62,542 nucleotides of DNA from the NCBI GenBank assembly GCA_964413165.1, contig CAYPSF010000004.1:1-62542 (forward strand). The letters run 5' to 3'. The translations under genes were made by a program, and so were the position numbers. A model generated the notes under the pieces. The model was not told the origin of the DNA, made no database searches, and saw only the letters and a list, made by a program, of their open reading frames with translations. Origin of the DNA: an uncultured Bifidobacteriaceae bacterium. GTDB taxonomy: Bacteria > Verrucomicrobiota > Verrucomicrobiia > Limisphaerales > UBA11358. Of this stretch, positions 20,910 through 32,452 are shown one piece after another (position 1 is the stretch's first letter; each line of letters opens with the position of its first letter).

Positions 20910-21050
20910 GGCAATTTATGAATTCAATTATCGTCCGGTAATGTAGTCGTGAAGGGATGAGGTGTCACGCAATTGCGAAAGGGGCTCGCCAACCGGACCC
21001 GTTGGACTTAAACTGACAGGTGTTAGTCCATTCAACCCAAATCAAGACCT

Positions 21051-21494
21051 ATGAAGACGTATAATCAGGCAATCGCGCTGGCGGTACTGACGCTGGCGTT
21101 TAGCGTAACGGCCCGCGCCTGGGACAGTGCGACCGGTACCTGGAAAGGCCAGTTCGAGAGCCAAATCGGCCTCCAGAAGTACACCTTCGAGTTCAAGGTG
21201 AACGGCACCAACCTGACTGGCAAGGCCACCGGGGAACGGGTGATGGGAACGAACGATGTGGTCATCACCGAAGGCACGGTCGGCACGAACGGGATCTTCT
21301 TCGTCGAATCGCTCAAATTTGGCGATAATGATCTCCGGATCGAATACACCGGCAAGGTTTCCGGCGATGAGATCAAGTTTCACCGCAAGGTCGGTGACGT
21401 GGCCGAGGAAGATTTCGTCGCCAAACGGGTCAATCCCTCCGATGCCAAACCGGCGGCCAAAGCCGGCACGAATTCGCCGCCAGCTAAACCCTAA
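21051..21494 (+). CDS. Secreted beta-barrel-like hypothetical protein
   Basis: Signal peptide ending in ARA, then DSATGTWKGQF...YTFEFKVNGTNLTG...YTGKVSGDEIKF. Confidence 0.75.
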   Translation: MKTYNQAIALAVLTLAFSVTARAWDSATGTWKGQFESQIGLQKYTFEFKVNGTNLTGKATGERVMGTNDVVITEGTVGTNGIFFVESLKFGDNDLRIEYTGKVSGDEIKFHRKVGDVAEEDFVAKRVNPSDAKPAAKAGTNSPPAKP

Positions 21495-21547
21495 TACGTT
21501 TTCGAAATCAACGTTGTCACCTGAGTTTGATAGAATGGCGCGGCAGC

Positions 21548-21670
21548 TTTTGGACTGCGCTGGCAAAGCGTAGCGGCGACAGCGCTTTTTAGATGATCGC
21601 CAGCAGGGATTCGCCCTTTTTCCAAAGCGGCGTCGCTACCGCCTTGCGGGATTGCCGCCGCAGTCCAAAA
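21548..21670. repeat. 123-bp palindromic MITE/REP-like element
   Basis: Perfect termini TTTTGGACTGCG / CGCAGTCCAAAA plus inner GCGTAGCGGCGAC / GTCGCTACCGC, between convergent genes. Confidence 0.8.
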
Positions 21671-21744
21671 TTTCCCCACCCTCAATGCACATCCTCGGTT
21701 TCGACTTTCCTGGTCGGGTGCCGGGGCGGCCTAGTCGGCGTGTA

Positions 21745-22194
21745 TCAACCCGGCAACCCGCCGGAGATGTATTGCTCCATCTGGGCGATGGTTGCGTTCT
21801 GGGTGGAGATAATCCAGTTCACCAGGTCGCCGATGGAAACGAGGCCGACGACCTTTTCACTTTCCACGACCGGCAGATGTCGCGTGCGATGTTCGGTCAT
21901 CAGTCGCATGCATTCCTCGACGGTATCGTGCAGCCCCACGGAAATGATTTCGCTGGACACCACCTCCCGCACTTTGGCTTCCTTGGATGATTTTCCCTGC
22001 AGCGCAACCTTGCGCGTGTAATCGCGTTCGGTGAAAACCCCCGCCAGCTTCCCGTCCGACATCACCAGCAACGCGCCAATGTTCTTTTCCGCCATCATCT
22101 TGATGGCTTCAAAAACGGTGGTGTCCGGGGAGACCGAGAAGATATCCGATCCCTTGTTATGCAGTACCGCGCTCACTGTGCCGCTGGATTTCAT
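21745..22194 (-). CDS. CBS-domain protein
   Basis: AIKMMAEKNIGALLV, GVFTERDY, RHLPVV, GLVSIGDLV. Confidence 0.92.
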   Translation of the reverse strand: MKSSGTVSAVLHNKGSDIFSVSPDTTVFEAIKMMAEKNIGALLVMSDGKLAGVFTERDYTRKVALQGKSSKEAKVREVVSSEIISVGLHDTVEECMRLMTEHRTRHLPVVESEKVVGLVSIGDLVNWIISTQNATIAQMEQYISGGLPG

Positions 22195-22386
22195 AAGTTC
22201 GATAGTGCCTTTATCCGCATCTTCTGTGCCCGATTCAAGCAAATTATACCATCAAAATTAAATTTTTGAATAGGTGATTTGCGGAAAATGTACTTCCTTC
22301 CGGCGCCGGGTTGTGACTTGATGGGCCCCGTTCGGAATCCGGTCCCGCCGCGGGACGGGACGCCAAACCAAAACTGTTTACAAACT

Positions 22387-23589
22387 ATGGATGCTTTACC
22401 CACTGTCCTGCTCAAACCGGGCGAGGCCGACCGCATTGTGGCCGGCCATCCCTGGGTTTATCACACCGAAATCCTCCGGTTCAGCCAGCCTCCCGCCGAC
22501 GGCGAGCTCGTCCAGGTCAAGGACCATCGCCAGCGATTGATCGGGACCGGATTCTATAATTCCAGATCCAAAATCAACGTCCGCGTCCTGTCGCCGGAAC
22601 GCGTGGAGGTGAACGAGGTGTTTTTTGAGGAACGCATCCGCGCCGCGCTGGCCGTCCGGCAAAGACATTTGCCGGAGGCTACCTCGTTTCGGGTCGTCAA
22701 TGCCGAAAGCGATTTTCTGAGCGGCCTGATCGTCGACAAATATGAGGACGTGCTCGTGGTGCAGATTTCATCTCTGGGCATGGACCAACGCAAGGCGCAG
22801 ATCGTTTCGGTACTGCAGCGAATTTTTTCGCCGCGGGCCATTCTGGAGCGCAGTGACATGGCGTCGCGCAAGTTTGAGGGCCTGGCGGAGGCGAACGGCG
22901 TTCTGGCCGGGAAACTCGACGGACCGGTCACGGTCAATTTGAACGGGTTGAAGTTTGAGGCCGACCTTGTTGGCGGGCACAAGACCGGCCTGTATCTCGA
23001 CCAACAGGTGAATTACCAGGCGGCGGCGCAATACACGAAAGGGACGCAGGTGTTGGATTGCTTCAGCTTCCTCGGCGGGTTCGGCCTGCACGCGGCCCGC
23101 GCCGGCGCGGCCCATGTCCACCAACTCGACCAGAGTGCGGACGCCATTGCCGCAGCCATTCGCAACGCCGCGGCGAACGGGCTGACGGACAAATGTTCGT
23201 TTGAGGTGGTGAATGTTTTTGACTGGCTCAAGGCCAATACCGCGGTCCGGCCCCACGAAAAGGTTGTCCCGCGGTTTGACATGATCATTCTCGACCCGCC
23301 GTCATTCACGCGCAACCGCGCGTCGGTGCCCGATGCGCTGCGCGGCTACAAGGAAATCCATCTGCGGGCGCTGAAGCTGCTCCGGCCCGGCGGCACGCTG
23401 GCCACGTTCTGCTGCTCGCATCACGTGGACGCGTCGACTTTCCAGGATGTAATTCTTTCCGCCGCCTACGATACGCGGCACGTGCTGCGCCGCGTGGCAA
23501 CGTATTCCCAAAGTCCGGACCACCCGGTCATCCCGATGATTCCGGAGACGGAATACCTGAAGGGCTTTGCGTTTGAAGTGGTGCGGTAG
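22387..23589 (+). CDS. rlmI: 23S rRNA methyltransferase, RlmI family
   Basis: GHPWVY PUA domain, ESDFLSGLIVDKY, GHKTGLYLDQ, FDMIILDPPSF, ETEYLKG. Confidence 0.85.
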   Translation: MDALPTVLLKPGEADRIVAGHPWVYHTEILRFSQPPADGELVQVKDHRQRLIGTGFYNSRSKINVRVLSPERVEVNEVFFEERIRAALAVRQRHLPEATSFRVVNAESDFLSGLIVDKYEDVLVVQISSLGMDQRKAQIVSVLQRIFSPRAILERSDMASRKFEGLAEANGVLAGKLDGPVTVNLNGLKFEADLVGGHKTGLYLDQQVNYQAAAQYTKGTQVLDCFSFLGGFGLHAARAGAAHVHQLDQSADAIAAAIRNAAANGLTDKCSFEVVNVFDWLKANTAVRPHEKVVPRFDMIILDPPSFTRNRASVPDALRGYKEIHLRALKLLRPGGTLATFCCSHHVDASTFQDVILSAAYDTRHVLRRVATYSQSPDHPVIPMIPETEYLKGFAFEVVR

Positions 23590-23674
23590 GTTTCGCAATC
23601 CTCTGCGAGCCGCGGCGCGCACGGCTTGTCTCGCCATAGCTTGTGCGACGGCGGAAGTGCCGCGCCGTGCCAGC

Positions 23675-26341
23675 CTACTGCACGCCCACGCGATAGAAAA
23701 ACGGCCCGTCGCCCAGGGCGGTGGTGTCGAGCCAGCTCGTCGTGCCGGCCTGCCCGGCAATGTTGCTTTGAACCGTGGAAAACGACGGCGCGGACAAATT
23801 ACCGCTGCGTTGGATGAAATAAGTGATGCCGCTGACGCTTTGCCAGGTGATGGTGGTGCCGGAAATGGCATTGCTGGACGTAAGCATCTTCAACACGGAA
23901 GCCGGATCGTTGGGAACGGTGCCCGTGTGCCATTCCTGCCAGTTGTTCATGCCGTCGTTGTCCGAATCCGCGTAATCCGCGGTTCCATCCACGGGCAGCT
24001 CGTATTGTTGGGCCCAGGCGTAGGACAGGGTTGAGCCGGGCGATTGAAATTCGTAAGCGCCGAGGTCCGCCGTGCCGCCGGCAATGCGCGGGTTGCCTTC
24101 GAAGTCGTCGGCTCCGACAACACAACCATTGTTGCCGCTGTTGATGCAAGGTGAGTTGGATTGCAGATGAAAATCACCGCCGGCGGGATCCACAAATAGC
24201 GGCGCATTGGTAAAGACAACCAGGTCTCCAATGCGGGGAGTCATACAGGTGTAGGCTACGGCCTTGGTATTGTAGATATTTCCTCCATTATTATAGTAGA
24301 TGATGGAATTGGTCACGGCGCCATCCGCGGCGCCGCCGCCGAGCTGGCCGGCCGCCGTGTTGCTGACCACGGTACAATTGAGCAGCATGCTGAGACTCGC
24401 GCCGCCGCCGAGCGTGCTCGCCAGGTTGTTTTTCAATACACAATTGCTCAACCGGTTCGAATAAGCGCCGCCGCCGGCACCGAACGCCCGGTTGCTCGAG
24501 ATCAAGGAACGATCGGCGAACCCGGCGCAGACGCCGCCACCGGAAATGCCGGCATTGTTACTGACGACGCAACTGGACAACGTGCTGAAGCTCGCGCCGC
24601 CGCCCCCGCCGTTGCAACGGTTGGCGACGAGGAGGCAGTTGCTCAGCAGACAATAAATTGCGCCGCCGCCGCTGTCCAAGTTTTGGAAGGAAGCGAAATT
24701 TTTTGCCAGGGTGCACCCGACGAGCGTGTTGGAACAGGCGCCGCCGCCATGGCTGGCAGTGTTATTGGTCAGGAGGCAGTTGAACAAAGTGCCCTGAAAT
24801 GAGCCGCCCCCGAGGCTGGCGACATTTCCCGTAATCACGCAGTTCGTGACGACGGCACTGCTGCCCTCACACCAGACTCCTCCGCCACTGGCTTCGCGCA
24901 TCAGGTCGCTCAAGACAGGGGGCGTGCCGCCATTGGTTAAAGTGAATCCGTTCAATACCGCACTATTGGTCAGGTACACACAACGAATGCTCGGCCCGCC
25001 ACGAGTTAGCGGGGTGTAGACGCCCGCAATAATGGTTGCCGCCGCTCCATTGACGCTTTGCACCGTCACTACCTTGTCCACCGTCACGCGATTGGTTGCC
25101 GTGCCATAAACCGCGCGGCCGCCGCTGTTGTACGTGCCGTTCGAGACAACGATGAAATCCCCGGCATTCGCCGCGTCAATCGCATCCTGAATATTCGTCG
25201 CCGCGGTAATCCAGTTTGTAAAGGGCATCGCCGGTGTCGAATTGCCCAGGTTCACGTAGCGGATGAAGCCCTGGAATTCATAAGCCCCGGCGTCTGCCGT
25301 GCCGGCAAAGATGCGCGGGTTACCGTCAAAATCCAGGCTGTTGGCGATAAACGAATTGTTGCCCGTGTTGATGCAAGGAGACGAGGGTTGCAGATGGAAA
25401 TCGCCGGCGGGCAGATTCACAAATTGCGGAACGTTGGTGAAATTATTGAGGCCCGATAACGGAAGCGGGAAAATACAGCAATTGGTAAGGTTTCCTCCGC
25501 CATCGAGGGTATTATTGTGAGGAGAATTGTAATAAACGATGCAATTTTCGAGCGTGCTGTCGCTTGCGCCGTCTCCGATGTTATTGACCACGGTGCAATT
25601 GACCAAAGTGCTGTTGAGTGTGCCGCCGCACAAATATCCCGCGGCATTCCCGGCTACGATGCAATTGACCAAAGTGCAATTCTTTGCCGCCCCGCCGCGA
25701 TAATAGGCCTGGTTTCCAGCCAATAAACAATTGACCAAAGAACTCTGGTAAGCCCCGCCGCCTTCAGCCGGGCTGGAAATCGCAATATTGCCGGCCAAAG
25801 TGCAGTTCGCCAGCGTGCCGGAACCGGCGCCGCCACCATAGGCGTAGGCTGCGTTGCCGGTAATCACACAGTTCGTCACCACACAATTTGTGGAAACACA
25901 ATAAACACCCCCGCCAGTTGAAGAAGTCGAAGCCAGCGTTGCGCCATTCGTCAGAGTAAAACCGGAAAGCGTGGTATGGTCGCTCGCCATATAGACGCAG
26001 CGGATGGCAGCAGATCCATTGATTGTGCCCGGCACTTGATCTCCCTTGATGATCGTGACTGCCGGACCATTGACGCTTTGCACGGTGATGTTGAGGCCGG
26101 TCACAAAAACACGGTTCCCAAACCGGTTGCCGTATTCATAAATTCCATTCGTGACCAGGACCGTGTCGCCGGTTCCGACTATGAGCACCGCGTCCTGAAT
26201 GTTCGTCGCCGCCGTTTCCCAGCTGGTATAAGGCGAAACAGGATTGGTGCCGTCCACGTCCACATAATGGGTCACGGCGGATGAATCGAGAGCGAAAGCC
26301 AGTGAACCGATGACTGCCAATCGTAACACAAACTGTTTCAT
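23675..26341 (-). CDS. Secreted beta-helix protein with two tandem choice-of-anchor Q type modules
   Basis: Signal peptide [17 protein letters not shown]. Two modules run from YV...[11 protein letters not shown] to DFHLQxxSPCIN...DxGAYEFQ, then [12 protein letters not shown]. Start reset from the ORF track's 26878. Confidence 0.82.
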   Translation of the reverse strand: MKQFVLRLAVIGSLAFALDSSAVTHYVDVDGTNPVSPYTSWETAATNIQDAVLIVGTGDTVLVTNGIYEYGNRFGNRVFVTGLNITVQSVNGPAVTIIKGDQVPGTINGSAAIRCVYMASDHTTLSGFTLTNGATLASTSSTGGGVYCVSTNCVVTNCVITGNAAYAYGGGAGSGTLANCTLAGNIAISSPAEGGGAYQSSLVNCLLAGNQAYYRGGAAKNCTLVNCIVAGNAAGYLCGGTLNSTLVNCTVVNNIGDGASDSTLENCIVYYNSPHNNTLDGGGNLTNCCIFPLPLSGLNNFTNVPQFVNLPAGDFHLQPSSPCINTGNNSFIANSLDFDGNPRIFAGTADAGAYEFQGFIRYVNLGNSTPAMPFTNWITAATNIQDAIDAANAGDFIVVSNGTYNSGGRAVYGTATNRVTVDKVVTVQSVNGAAATIIAGVYTPLTRGGPSIRCVYLTNSAVLNGFTLTNGGTPPVLSDLMREASGGGVWCEGSSAVVTNCVITGNVASLGGGSFQGTLFNCLLTNNTASHGGGACSNTLVGCTLAKNFASFQNLDSGGGAIYCLLSNCLLVANRCNGGGGGASFSTLSSCVVSNNAGISGGGVCAGFADRSLISSNRAFGAGGGAYSNRLSNCVLKNNLASTLGGGASLSMLLNCTVVSNTAAGQLGGGAADGAVTNSIIYYNNGGNIYNTKAVAYTCMTPRIGDLVVFTNAPLFVDPAGGDFHLQSNSPCINSGNNGCVVGADDFEGNPRIAGGTADLGAYEFQSPGSTLSYAWAQQYELPVDGTADYADSDNDGMNNWQEWHTGTVPNDPASVLKMLTSSNAISGTTITWQSVSGITYFIQRSGNLSAPSFSTVQSNIAGQAGTTSWLDTTALGDGPFFYRVGVQ

Positions 26342-26506
26342 AGAAGCTCTTTCCTGAATTGTGGGCATGTTACCAATTGAACTGGTCTTGTTCAATGAAA
26401 ATTCCTGGAGTGGCTGCAGGTCAACGCGGGCGTTTTGCATCGAATTTTCAAGGTTTTGACGCCTTTCGCGTTGCGGCATCACGCGGCTGCCCTTTAACCT
26501 GACGGC

Positions 26507-26920
26507 ATGAGCGCGTTCCCTGTCAGCCTGGAAAAGGAAGCCCAACTCACGCAGCGCATGGCCGCGTTGGGCGTGCGCGAGGCTGACATCGAGGAAAGCT
26601 TTGTCCGCTCCGGCGGCCACGGCGGCCAGAATGTCAACAAAACCTCCACCTGCGTCATGCTGCTCCACCGCCCCACCGGCCTGCAGGTGAAATGTCAGGC
26701 CACCCGCCAGCAGGGACTCAACCGCTTCATCGCCCGCCGCCTGTTGCTGGACAAGATCGAAGCGCTGAAGCGCGGTTTCGTGGCCGCGCAGCGCGACGAG
26801 ATTGAAAAAATCCGCCGTCAGAAACGCCGGCGCAGCCGCCGGGCAAAAAACCGGATGCTCGCCGACAAGGCTCACCACGCCGACAAAAAAGCGTCACGCC
26901 GTTCCGTCGGGACGGAGTAA
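26507..26920 (+). CDS. Short GGQ-motif peptide release factor-like ribosome rescue protein
   Basis: [30 protein letters not shown], and a basic C-terminal tail [12 protein letters not shown]. Confidence 0.88.
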   Translation: MSAFPVSLEKEAQLTQRMAALGVREADIEESFVRSGGHGGQNVNKTSTCVMLLHRPTGLQVKCQATRQQGLNRFIARRLLLDKIEALKRGFVAAQRDEIEKIRRQKRRRSRRAKNRMLADKAHHADKKASRRSVGTE

Positions 26921-27024
26921 TTTGTTTTCACGGCTCATTCCCGTTCATCTGTCACGAAAAATAAAATCCGGATTTGTCGGTTTGTATGCTTGTGGTTCGG
27001 GAAAGTGTGGTACTATTTGGATTC

Positions 27025-27315
27025 ATGAACATACTTATTGAGGACGCCGAGACGCTGGAATATCTGGCCGGAGACAACAAGTGGACGAAGAAGGTTTCCG
27101 AGGGCCGGACTTTTAAGGCCACCGAAGCTGCCTACCAGGTCGCCAAGAAAGAGCCGATTGGCCGGTTTAACATTGTATTTTACATCGCCCAGACGGAACA
27201 ATTCATCAACATGAACCACGGTCGGGGCCGGGGTCCGGGTGAAGTCAGTCCGATTGCCGAGATTGCCCCAGCTGTGCAGATCGCCCCGGTAGTACAGGTC
27301 GCACCCGCCGTTTAG
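27025..27315 (+). CDS. Small hypothetical protein
   Basis: 96-aa ORF MNILIEDAETLEYL..., preceded by TG-n-TACTAT 8 nt before the ATG. Confidence 0.6.
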   Translation: MNILIEDAETLEYLAGDNKWTKKVSEGRTFKATEAAYQVAKKEPIGRFNIVFYIAQTEQFINMNHGRGRGPGEVSPIAEIAPAVQIAPVVQVAPAV

Positions 27316-27432
27316 TTGCGCTTGCCGGCTGGCAGCGTTACGCAACACCCGTTTGAGATTCTTCCGGTCCGCTGAGAAATCCGCGTCCGGTTGAAGGATT
27401 CTGCCGTGGACAGCAGCAATACTGCCCGTTGT

Positions 27433-28491
27433 TCAAGCCAGCAAAAATTCCCGCTGCCAGTTCATCAGTTCCGGTGCGTGCCGGTCCCAATCCCGCGCCA
27501 GGTCTCCGAGCGTGGCCCGGCTCGCGATCAATGTCGGATCCATCACCAGCCGGTGTGCGTGCGCGTCCCGGCGCCTTTCCAATTCGCGGTAACGCCGCAT
27601 CTCGGCCTCGGTGGGCCGGTTCGAAAAGTGCCGCGCTTTTTCCGGATGCCGGTCATGGGGCAGGGCCAAGCCGGCCCGGATGGCCCTCACCAGGGTGTCC
27701 CGGCGGCGCGGCGACATCCGCGGCGGCAAAAGCGGGTCAACCGCCTGGCGGGCGGCGGCGGCAGCGGCAAGTTCGACCATCTTTTCGTGGCTCAAAATGA
27801 AGAACGGTGGCCGGTTCGCGGCCAGGGCCTCGCTTTCCCGCCAATGCCACAACTCCCGCAGCACGGCCAGGGCGGCCCGGCTTAAGGCATGGCTGCCTTT
27901 CACCCGCCAGACAGAATCCATGTCCGTCACCGGCCGCTGCGAACAGTCCACGATCAGGCGCGCACAGGATTCCTGGTGCCAGGCCAGGCGGCCTTTATGC
28001 TGGAGCTCCTGCTTCAATCGGTCCGAAAGCGGTTTGAGGTGGTGCGTATCGTTGCGGGCATAGGATTCCATCTTTTCGGTGAGCGGCCGCCGCGCCCAGT
28101 CGGCCTTTTGCGACGCCTTGTCCAGCTTCACGCCAAGAAACTTTTCCACCAGTGAACTCAGGCCGAATTGCCGCTCGCCCAGTAACCGCGCCGCGAGCAT
28201 GGTGTCAAAAATAGTGCGCGGGACAAACTCGTGGTGCTTGCGCAGCAGGCGCAAATCATAGTCCGCGCCGTGCATGATGAGCTCATGGCCCGCCAGCGCC
28301 GCCAGCAAAGGGTCCAGACTGATCCCCGCCAGGGGATCAATCAGCCGGTCTCCGTCCACAGTGCTGATTTGAATCAGGCAGACCTTCTCGGGATAGGCGT
28401 GCAGGCTGTCGGCTTCGGTGTCGAGCGCCAGCCAGGCGGCCGATTGGAGCGCCGGCAGGAACGTCGCCAGCTTTGCGTCGGTGTCAATCAC
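27433..28491 (-). CDS. rnd: Ribonuclease D
   Basis: ALDTEADS, CLIQIS, HGADYDL, FDTMLAARLLG, DWARRPL, YARND and an HRDC domain. GTG start at 28491. Confidence 0.9.
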   Translation of the reverse strand: MIDTDAKLATFLPALQSAAWLALDTEADSLHAYPEKVCLIQISTVDGDRLIDPLAGISLDPLLAALAGHELIMHGADYDLRLLRKHHEFVPRTIFDTMLAARLLGERQFGLSSLVEKFLGVKLDKASQKADWARRPLTEKMESYARNDTHHLKPLSDRLKQELQHKGRLAWHQESCARLIVDCSQRPVTDMDSVWRVKGSHALSRAALAVLRELWHWRESEALAANRPPFFILSHEKMVELAAAAAARQAVDPLLPPRMSPRRRDTLVRAIRAGLALPHDRHPEKARHFSNRPTEAEMRRYRELERRRDAHAHRLVMDPTLIASRATLGDLARDWDRHAPELMNWQREFLLA

Positions 28492-28689
28492 GGCAGAAAT
28501 ATATTGGCTGGCGGGTGGCGGGGAAGCGAAAACACACGGACCGTTCACAAAATCATGTCTTTTACCCTGATTTAAATTGAATAATCCGGTGATGCCGGTG
28601 TAAAAAGACACCGCTTTTGGCAGAAACAGGTGGCGCGGGTTATCACGGAAAGGAAGCAACCGCCGGGTGTCATTGTAATTTGATGTTTT

Positions 28690-31600
28690 ATGGCGACGAT
28701 TGATTCATTGACCATCGACAGGCGGCCTGGCCGGCTGGGACGGGTGGTCTGGTTGGCCGCTTTGATTATCTTGTTACTGGGCATCCTTTTGATGGCGGCC
28801 TATTTGCTGGTGACCAGTTCCGGTTTCATCAAACGTGTTATCATACCCCGCATTGGCGCCGCGATTCATGCCGACATCACCGTTACCGAGATCTCCGTAC
28901 ATCCCTTCAGCAAAATCCTGATCCGGGGCCTGAAGGTGCAGGCCAAAGACCAGGAGCCGCTCCTCGCCGCGTCGGAAGTCAGCGCCAGCTACAGTTTGTG
29001 GAGCATCCTCCGCGGCAATCCCCGCATAGCCGAAATCGTGCTCGTGTCGCCAACCGTCATTGTGGTCGACAACCCCGACGGAACCAGCAACCTGGACGCG
29101 TTGTCGCAGGGCGCGGAGAAAAAACCGGCCAAATCTTCACGGCCGGCTGGGTCTGCCAAAACCATGCACATCGAGGTCGGGAAGGTCACGGTCAGCAACG
29201 CCACCTTGCGGAAAATTAAAAACTACCCTGGCAACCGGCGTGATTTCATGGAATTGGGGAACGTGAACCTGACGCTGGCCAACCTGAAAAACGGGCAGGC
29301 CGGGACCTTCCAGTTGGGCGCCCTCCTGCAAATTGACAGCAATCCGCCCAACGGCCGGTCGGGACATTTGCAGGCCGCCTTGAATGGCAACTTGAATTTT
29401 TCGCTGAGCGCCGATTTGCGGCCCGCGCCCGTTACCGGCCAGACCCGCCTGGATATTTCTCGCGCGGACGGCGGGTTCAGCGATTTTTCCCGCCTCAGCG
29501 CCGTGTTGGATTGTGACGTGACCCCGGAGGAAATCAAACAGGTGACGCTGCATTTTCAAAGGGCCGGCGCCCCGCTGGGTGAACTGGCTGTCAGCGGTCC
29601 GCTGAACATGCAAAAGATGGAGGGCCGGTTGAAGGTGGAACTTCGGGGCATCGACCGGCGATTGCTGAACCTGGCCGGCACCGAGGATGGAATTGATTTC
29701 GGCACCACGACCGTCAGCGCCAGCAGCCAGATTGACTTTACCAAGGCCGGCTCAGTCATCGACGTCACTGGCCGGTTGGAAGCCGGCAATGTGCAATTGA
29801 CCCGTGCGGGGCAGACTACCCCGACGGTCAATCTCATTGGCGCCTGTGCCGTCACTGTGGACACCCCGGCCCGGACGGCGCAACTGCGGAGCCTGAGCCT
29901 CACCGGCACACAGAACGGCCGGTCGTTGTTGACCGCGCACCTGTCCCAGCCCATGAATTTTGCCTGGGGCAGCCAGGCGGGCGGAGTGGGGGACTCTGCG
30001 CTCGACCTGGCCGTCACGGGATTGAACCTGACGGATTGGAAACCGTTCCTCGGCGAGGCCGCCGCGGGCAACCTGGATGCCTCCATGAAAGTGTCATCGC
30101 AGCAGGGCGGACAGCAATTGGTGTTCAATCTGAATTCGCAATTTGGAAATCCCGCGGCCCCCGGCGGCTTGTCCGGCACTTTCTCGGCCAACGGCCGCGT
30201 CGGCCAGAAACAACACACTCAAGCCTTCACCGGCAAACTGGTGCTCGCCGGCCTTACGGGAGCGGCAGGCAAAAACCGGTTCCGCAATTTCGGCGGTACG
30301 ATCGACTTCGACGTGGACAAAAGCGTGGAGCAAATTCAAATCAACAAAATCAGCGGCAAAGTGACGGGCGACGGGGCTGGCGGCGGCAGTTTTGAGGTTT
30401 CCGGCAAATACAATTCCGCGCGCAGTTCGGCGCAATTGACCGCCGCCCTGTCGGGCTTCAATCAAAACGGACTGCGACCGTTCCTGGAACCGCTCTTTGC
30501 CGGCAAAACCCTCACGTCCATCACGGTCAACGGCAACGCCGCCGTGCAGTACGATCCCAAGGCCAGTTCCACCATTAATGCCTCCTTGCAGGTGGCCAAT
30601 CTGGTCGTGAACGACCCGCAACGGCAGCTTCCGGCCACGCCGCTGGCCGCCAGCCTGCAGGTTGACACCACCGTGAAGACGGCGTCGGCCGACATCCGCC
30701 GGTTTCAAATCTCCCTCTCGCCCACCAAACGCGCGAAGAACGAGCTCCAATTTCAAGGCCAGGTGGACTATACCCAGACCAACGCGGTTCGCGGCAACCT
30801 CAAACTCACGGCCGATTCCCTCGATGTGACCAGTTACTACGATATCTTCGCCGGTGGCCCGAAAAGCAGCAATTCGCCGGCCGCCGACCAGCCGGGCGCA
30901 GCCGTCGGACGGGAACCGACGGCGATGATCCTGCCGTTGAAAAACTTTACCGTGACGGCCGACATCGGACGGTTTTATCTGCACGAAACTGAGATCACCG
31001 GCTGGCAGACAACGGTGGCCGCAGATGGCGGCCACGTGTTGATCAAGCCATTCAAGCTCGCGCTCAACGGTGCGCCGGTCAACGGCACGGCAGACCTGAA
31101 CCTGGGCGTGACCGGTTACCGTTACGATGTGGTCTTTGGCGCCGACCGCGTCCCGGTTGCTCCGCTGGTGAATACTTTTATGCCCGACCGTAAAGGTCAG
31201 ATGGGCGGGACTTTGACGGCGAACGCCCAGCTCAAGGGTGCGGGCATCACCGGCCCGAGCCTGCAAAAGAACCTCGCCGGCCAGTTCACGGTCGGCATCA
31301 CCAACCTGAACCTGGCGGTCGTTGACGCCCACAGCCCCATCCTCAAACTCGTCATCAATGTGGTGGCCATCATCCCCCAGATCCTGGTCAATCCCCAGAG
31401 CGCCATCACCTCGCTGATGGGGCAGGTGACCGGGTCGGGCGGCGGCCTGATGGACGCGCTGAAAGAATCGCCCATCCAGATCATCAACGCGCAAGTCAAG
31501 GCGGGGGGCGGACGGATTGATTTACAACAGGCCTCGGTACAGAGCACGGTCTTCAAGGCGGATGCCCAGGGCGGCATTATCCTGGCTCAGGTGCTGACCA

Positions 31601-31887
31601 ACTCCGCCATCAACATCCCGGTGGCCATTTCCTTGAGTCCGGCCGCAGCGCAACAGATCAATCTTACTTCTGCCGCCGCCAAATCTGGCGACGGGTTTGT
31701 TCCCATGCCGCAATTTCTGACCGTGAAAGGCACGATTGGCGTGCCCAAGCCGGAGATCAAAGAAACGGCTCTGGCTGGCCTGATGATCAAGTCGATCGGG
31801 ACCGGTCTCCTTAAAACGGCCACCAATACCACGTCCAACGTAGGGCATTTGCTGAACGACCTGCTGAAGACCGTCAAACCCAAATAA
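28690..31887 (+). CDS. AsmA family protein
   Basis: N-terminal membrane anchor, DGTSNLD, a long beta-rich body, and C-terminal [11 protein letters not shown]. Confidence 0.8.
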   Translation: MATIDSLTIDRRPGRLGRVVWLAALIILLLGILLMAAYLLVTSSGFIKRVIIPRIGAAIHADITVTEISVHPFSKILIRGLKVQAKDQEPLLAASEVSASYSLWSILRGNPRIAEIVLVSPTVIVVDNPDGTSNLDALSQGAEKKPAKSSRPAGSAKTMHIEVGKVTVSNATLRKIKNYPGNRRDFMELGNVNLTLANLKNGQAGTFQLGALLQIDSNPPNGRSGHLQAALNGNLNFSLSADLRPAPVTGQTRLDISRADGGFSDFSRLSAVLDCDVTPEEIKQVTLHFQRAGAPLGELAVSGPLNMQKMEGRLKVELRGIDRRLLNLAGTEDGIDFGTTTVSASSQIDFTKAGSVIDVTGRLEAGNVQLTRAGQTTPTVNLIGACAVTVDTPARTAQLRSLSLTGTQNGRSLLTAHLSQPMNFAWGSQAGGVGDSALDLAVTGLNLTDWKPFLGEAAAGNLDASMKVSSQQGGQQLVFNLNSQFGNPAAPGGLSGTFSANGRVGQKQHTQAFTGKLVLAGLTGAAGKNRFRNFGGTIDFDVDKSVEQIQINKISGKVTGDGAGGGSFEVSGKYNSARSSAQLTAALSGFNQNGLRPFLEPLFAGKTLTSITVNGNAAVQYDPKASSTINASLQVANLVVNDPQRQLPATPLAASLQVDTTVKTASADIRRFQISLSPTKRAKNELQFQGQVDYTQTNAVRGNLKLTADSLDVTSYYDIFAGGPKSSNSPAADQPGAAVGREPTAMILPLKNFTVTADIGRFYLHETEITGWQTTVAADGGHVLIKPFKLALNGAPVNGTADLNLGVTGYRYDVVFGADRVPVAPLVNTFMPDRKGQMGGTLTANAQLKGAGITGPSLQKNLAGQFTVGITNLNLAVVDAHSPILKLVINVVAIIPQILVNPQSAITSLMGQVTGSGGGLMDALKESPIQIINAQVKAGGGRIDLQQASVQSTVFKADAQGGIILAQVLTNSAINIPVAISLSPAAAQQINLTSAAAKSGDGFVPMPQFLTVKGTIGVPKPEIKETALAGLMIKSIGTGLLKTATNTTSNVGHLLNDLLKTVKPK

Positions 31888-31923
31888 GCCGGTTCCCGCA
31901 TCGCTTGCAGCGATTGGTTAACC
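31888..31923 (-). mobile_element. Truncated attC-like site (left half)
   Basis: Minus strand GGTTAAC-CAATC-GCTGCAA, with the SnoaL gene's TAA inside the inverse core. Confidence 0.6.
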
Positions 31924-32328
31924 ATTTCGGGTCTCACGCTCGATTATCTTCACTCCTTCACTCCAATCCGCATAAACCTGCCAAACCTCGATCTTCTCTT
32001 CCGAAACAGTCGCTCTCCATGCGGCTGGCATTGTGATGCGAGCTTCGGGCACCGGACCACGCACGCCGCTAAACGTCCCGGTTGCATGGCCGAAGATCGC
32101 CACGGTGCCGCCACTGCTGATAAAAGTATCGGCCTCAATCTGGAAATCCGGAAACATTTTGAAGTATGCCGCCCACGCAGTGAGCATCGCATCGCGACCG
32201 GAAACCGACCTGTCCTGAGAATCTACGAAAACGTGATCGTCAGACATGAGCGCCCGGAGATCATCAATGGAGTGTCCGTTTATCGCCCGGATGAACGCCT
32301 GGCATACTGCAATGCAATCGGTTGACAT
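31918..32328 (-). CDS. SnoaL-like / NTF2 family protein (cassette gene)
   Basis: AFIRAINGHSIDDLRALMSDDHVFVDS...GRDAMLTAWAAYFKMFPD...WQVYAD. Confidence 0.85.
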   Translation of the reverse strand: MSTDCIAVCQAFIRAINGHSIDDLRALMSDDHVFVDSQDRSVSGRDAMLTAWAAYFKMFPDFQIEADTFISSGGTVAIFGHATGTFSGVRGPVPEARITMPAAWRATVSEEKIEVWQVYADWSEGVKIIERETRNG

Positions 32329-32336
32329 AGGCTGAT

Positions 32337-32452
32337 GGCTAACGCTCAGCCACCGCCGGGCCGCGAGCGTCGGACGCAAGTTTGTGGTTCAATCGATTCA
32401 TAATCATTAATCGCAGAATTTATCGGCGGTTCGCTGCGGCGGCTTCTTGGCG
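32337..32452 (-). mobile_element. Degenerate attC-like site
   Basis: Minus strand AAG-AAGCC-GCCGCAG-CGAACCGCCG ... CGGCGGT-GG-CTGAGC-GTTAGCC. The inverse core is mutated and the right spacer is missing. Confidence 0.55.

Noticed and set aside
26342-26878. N-terminal 179-aa extension of the 1067-aa ORF in the track
   Set aside because: It is the antisense of the release-factor gene. A clear signal peptide begins at 26341 (or 26368).
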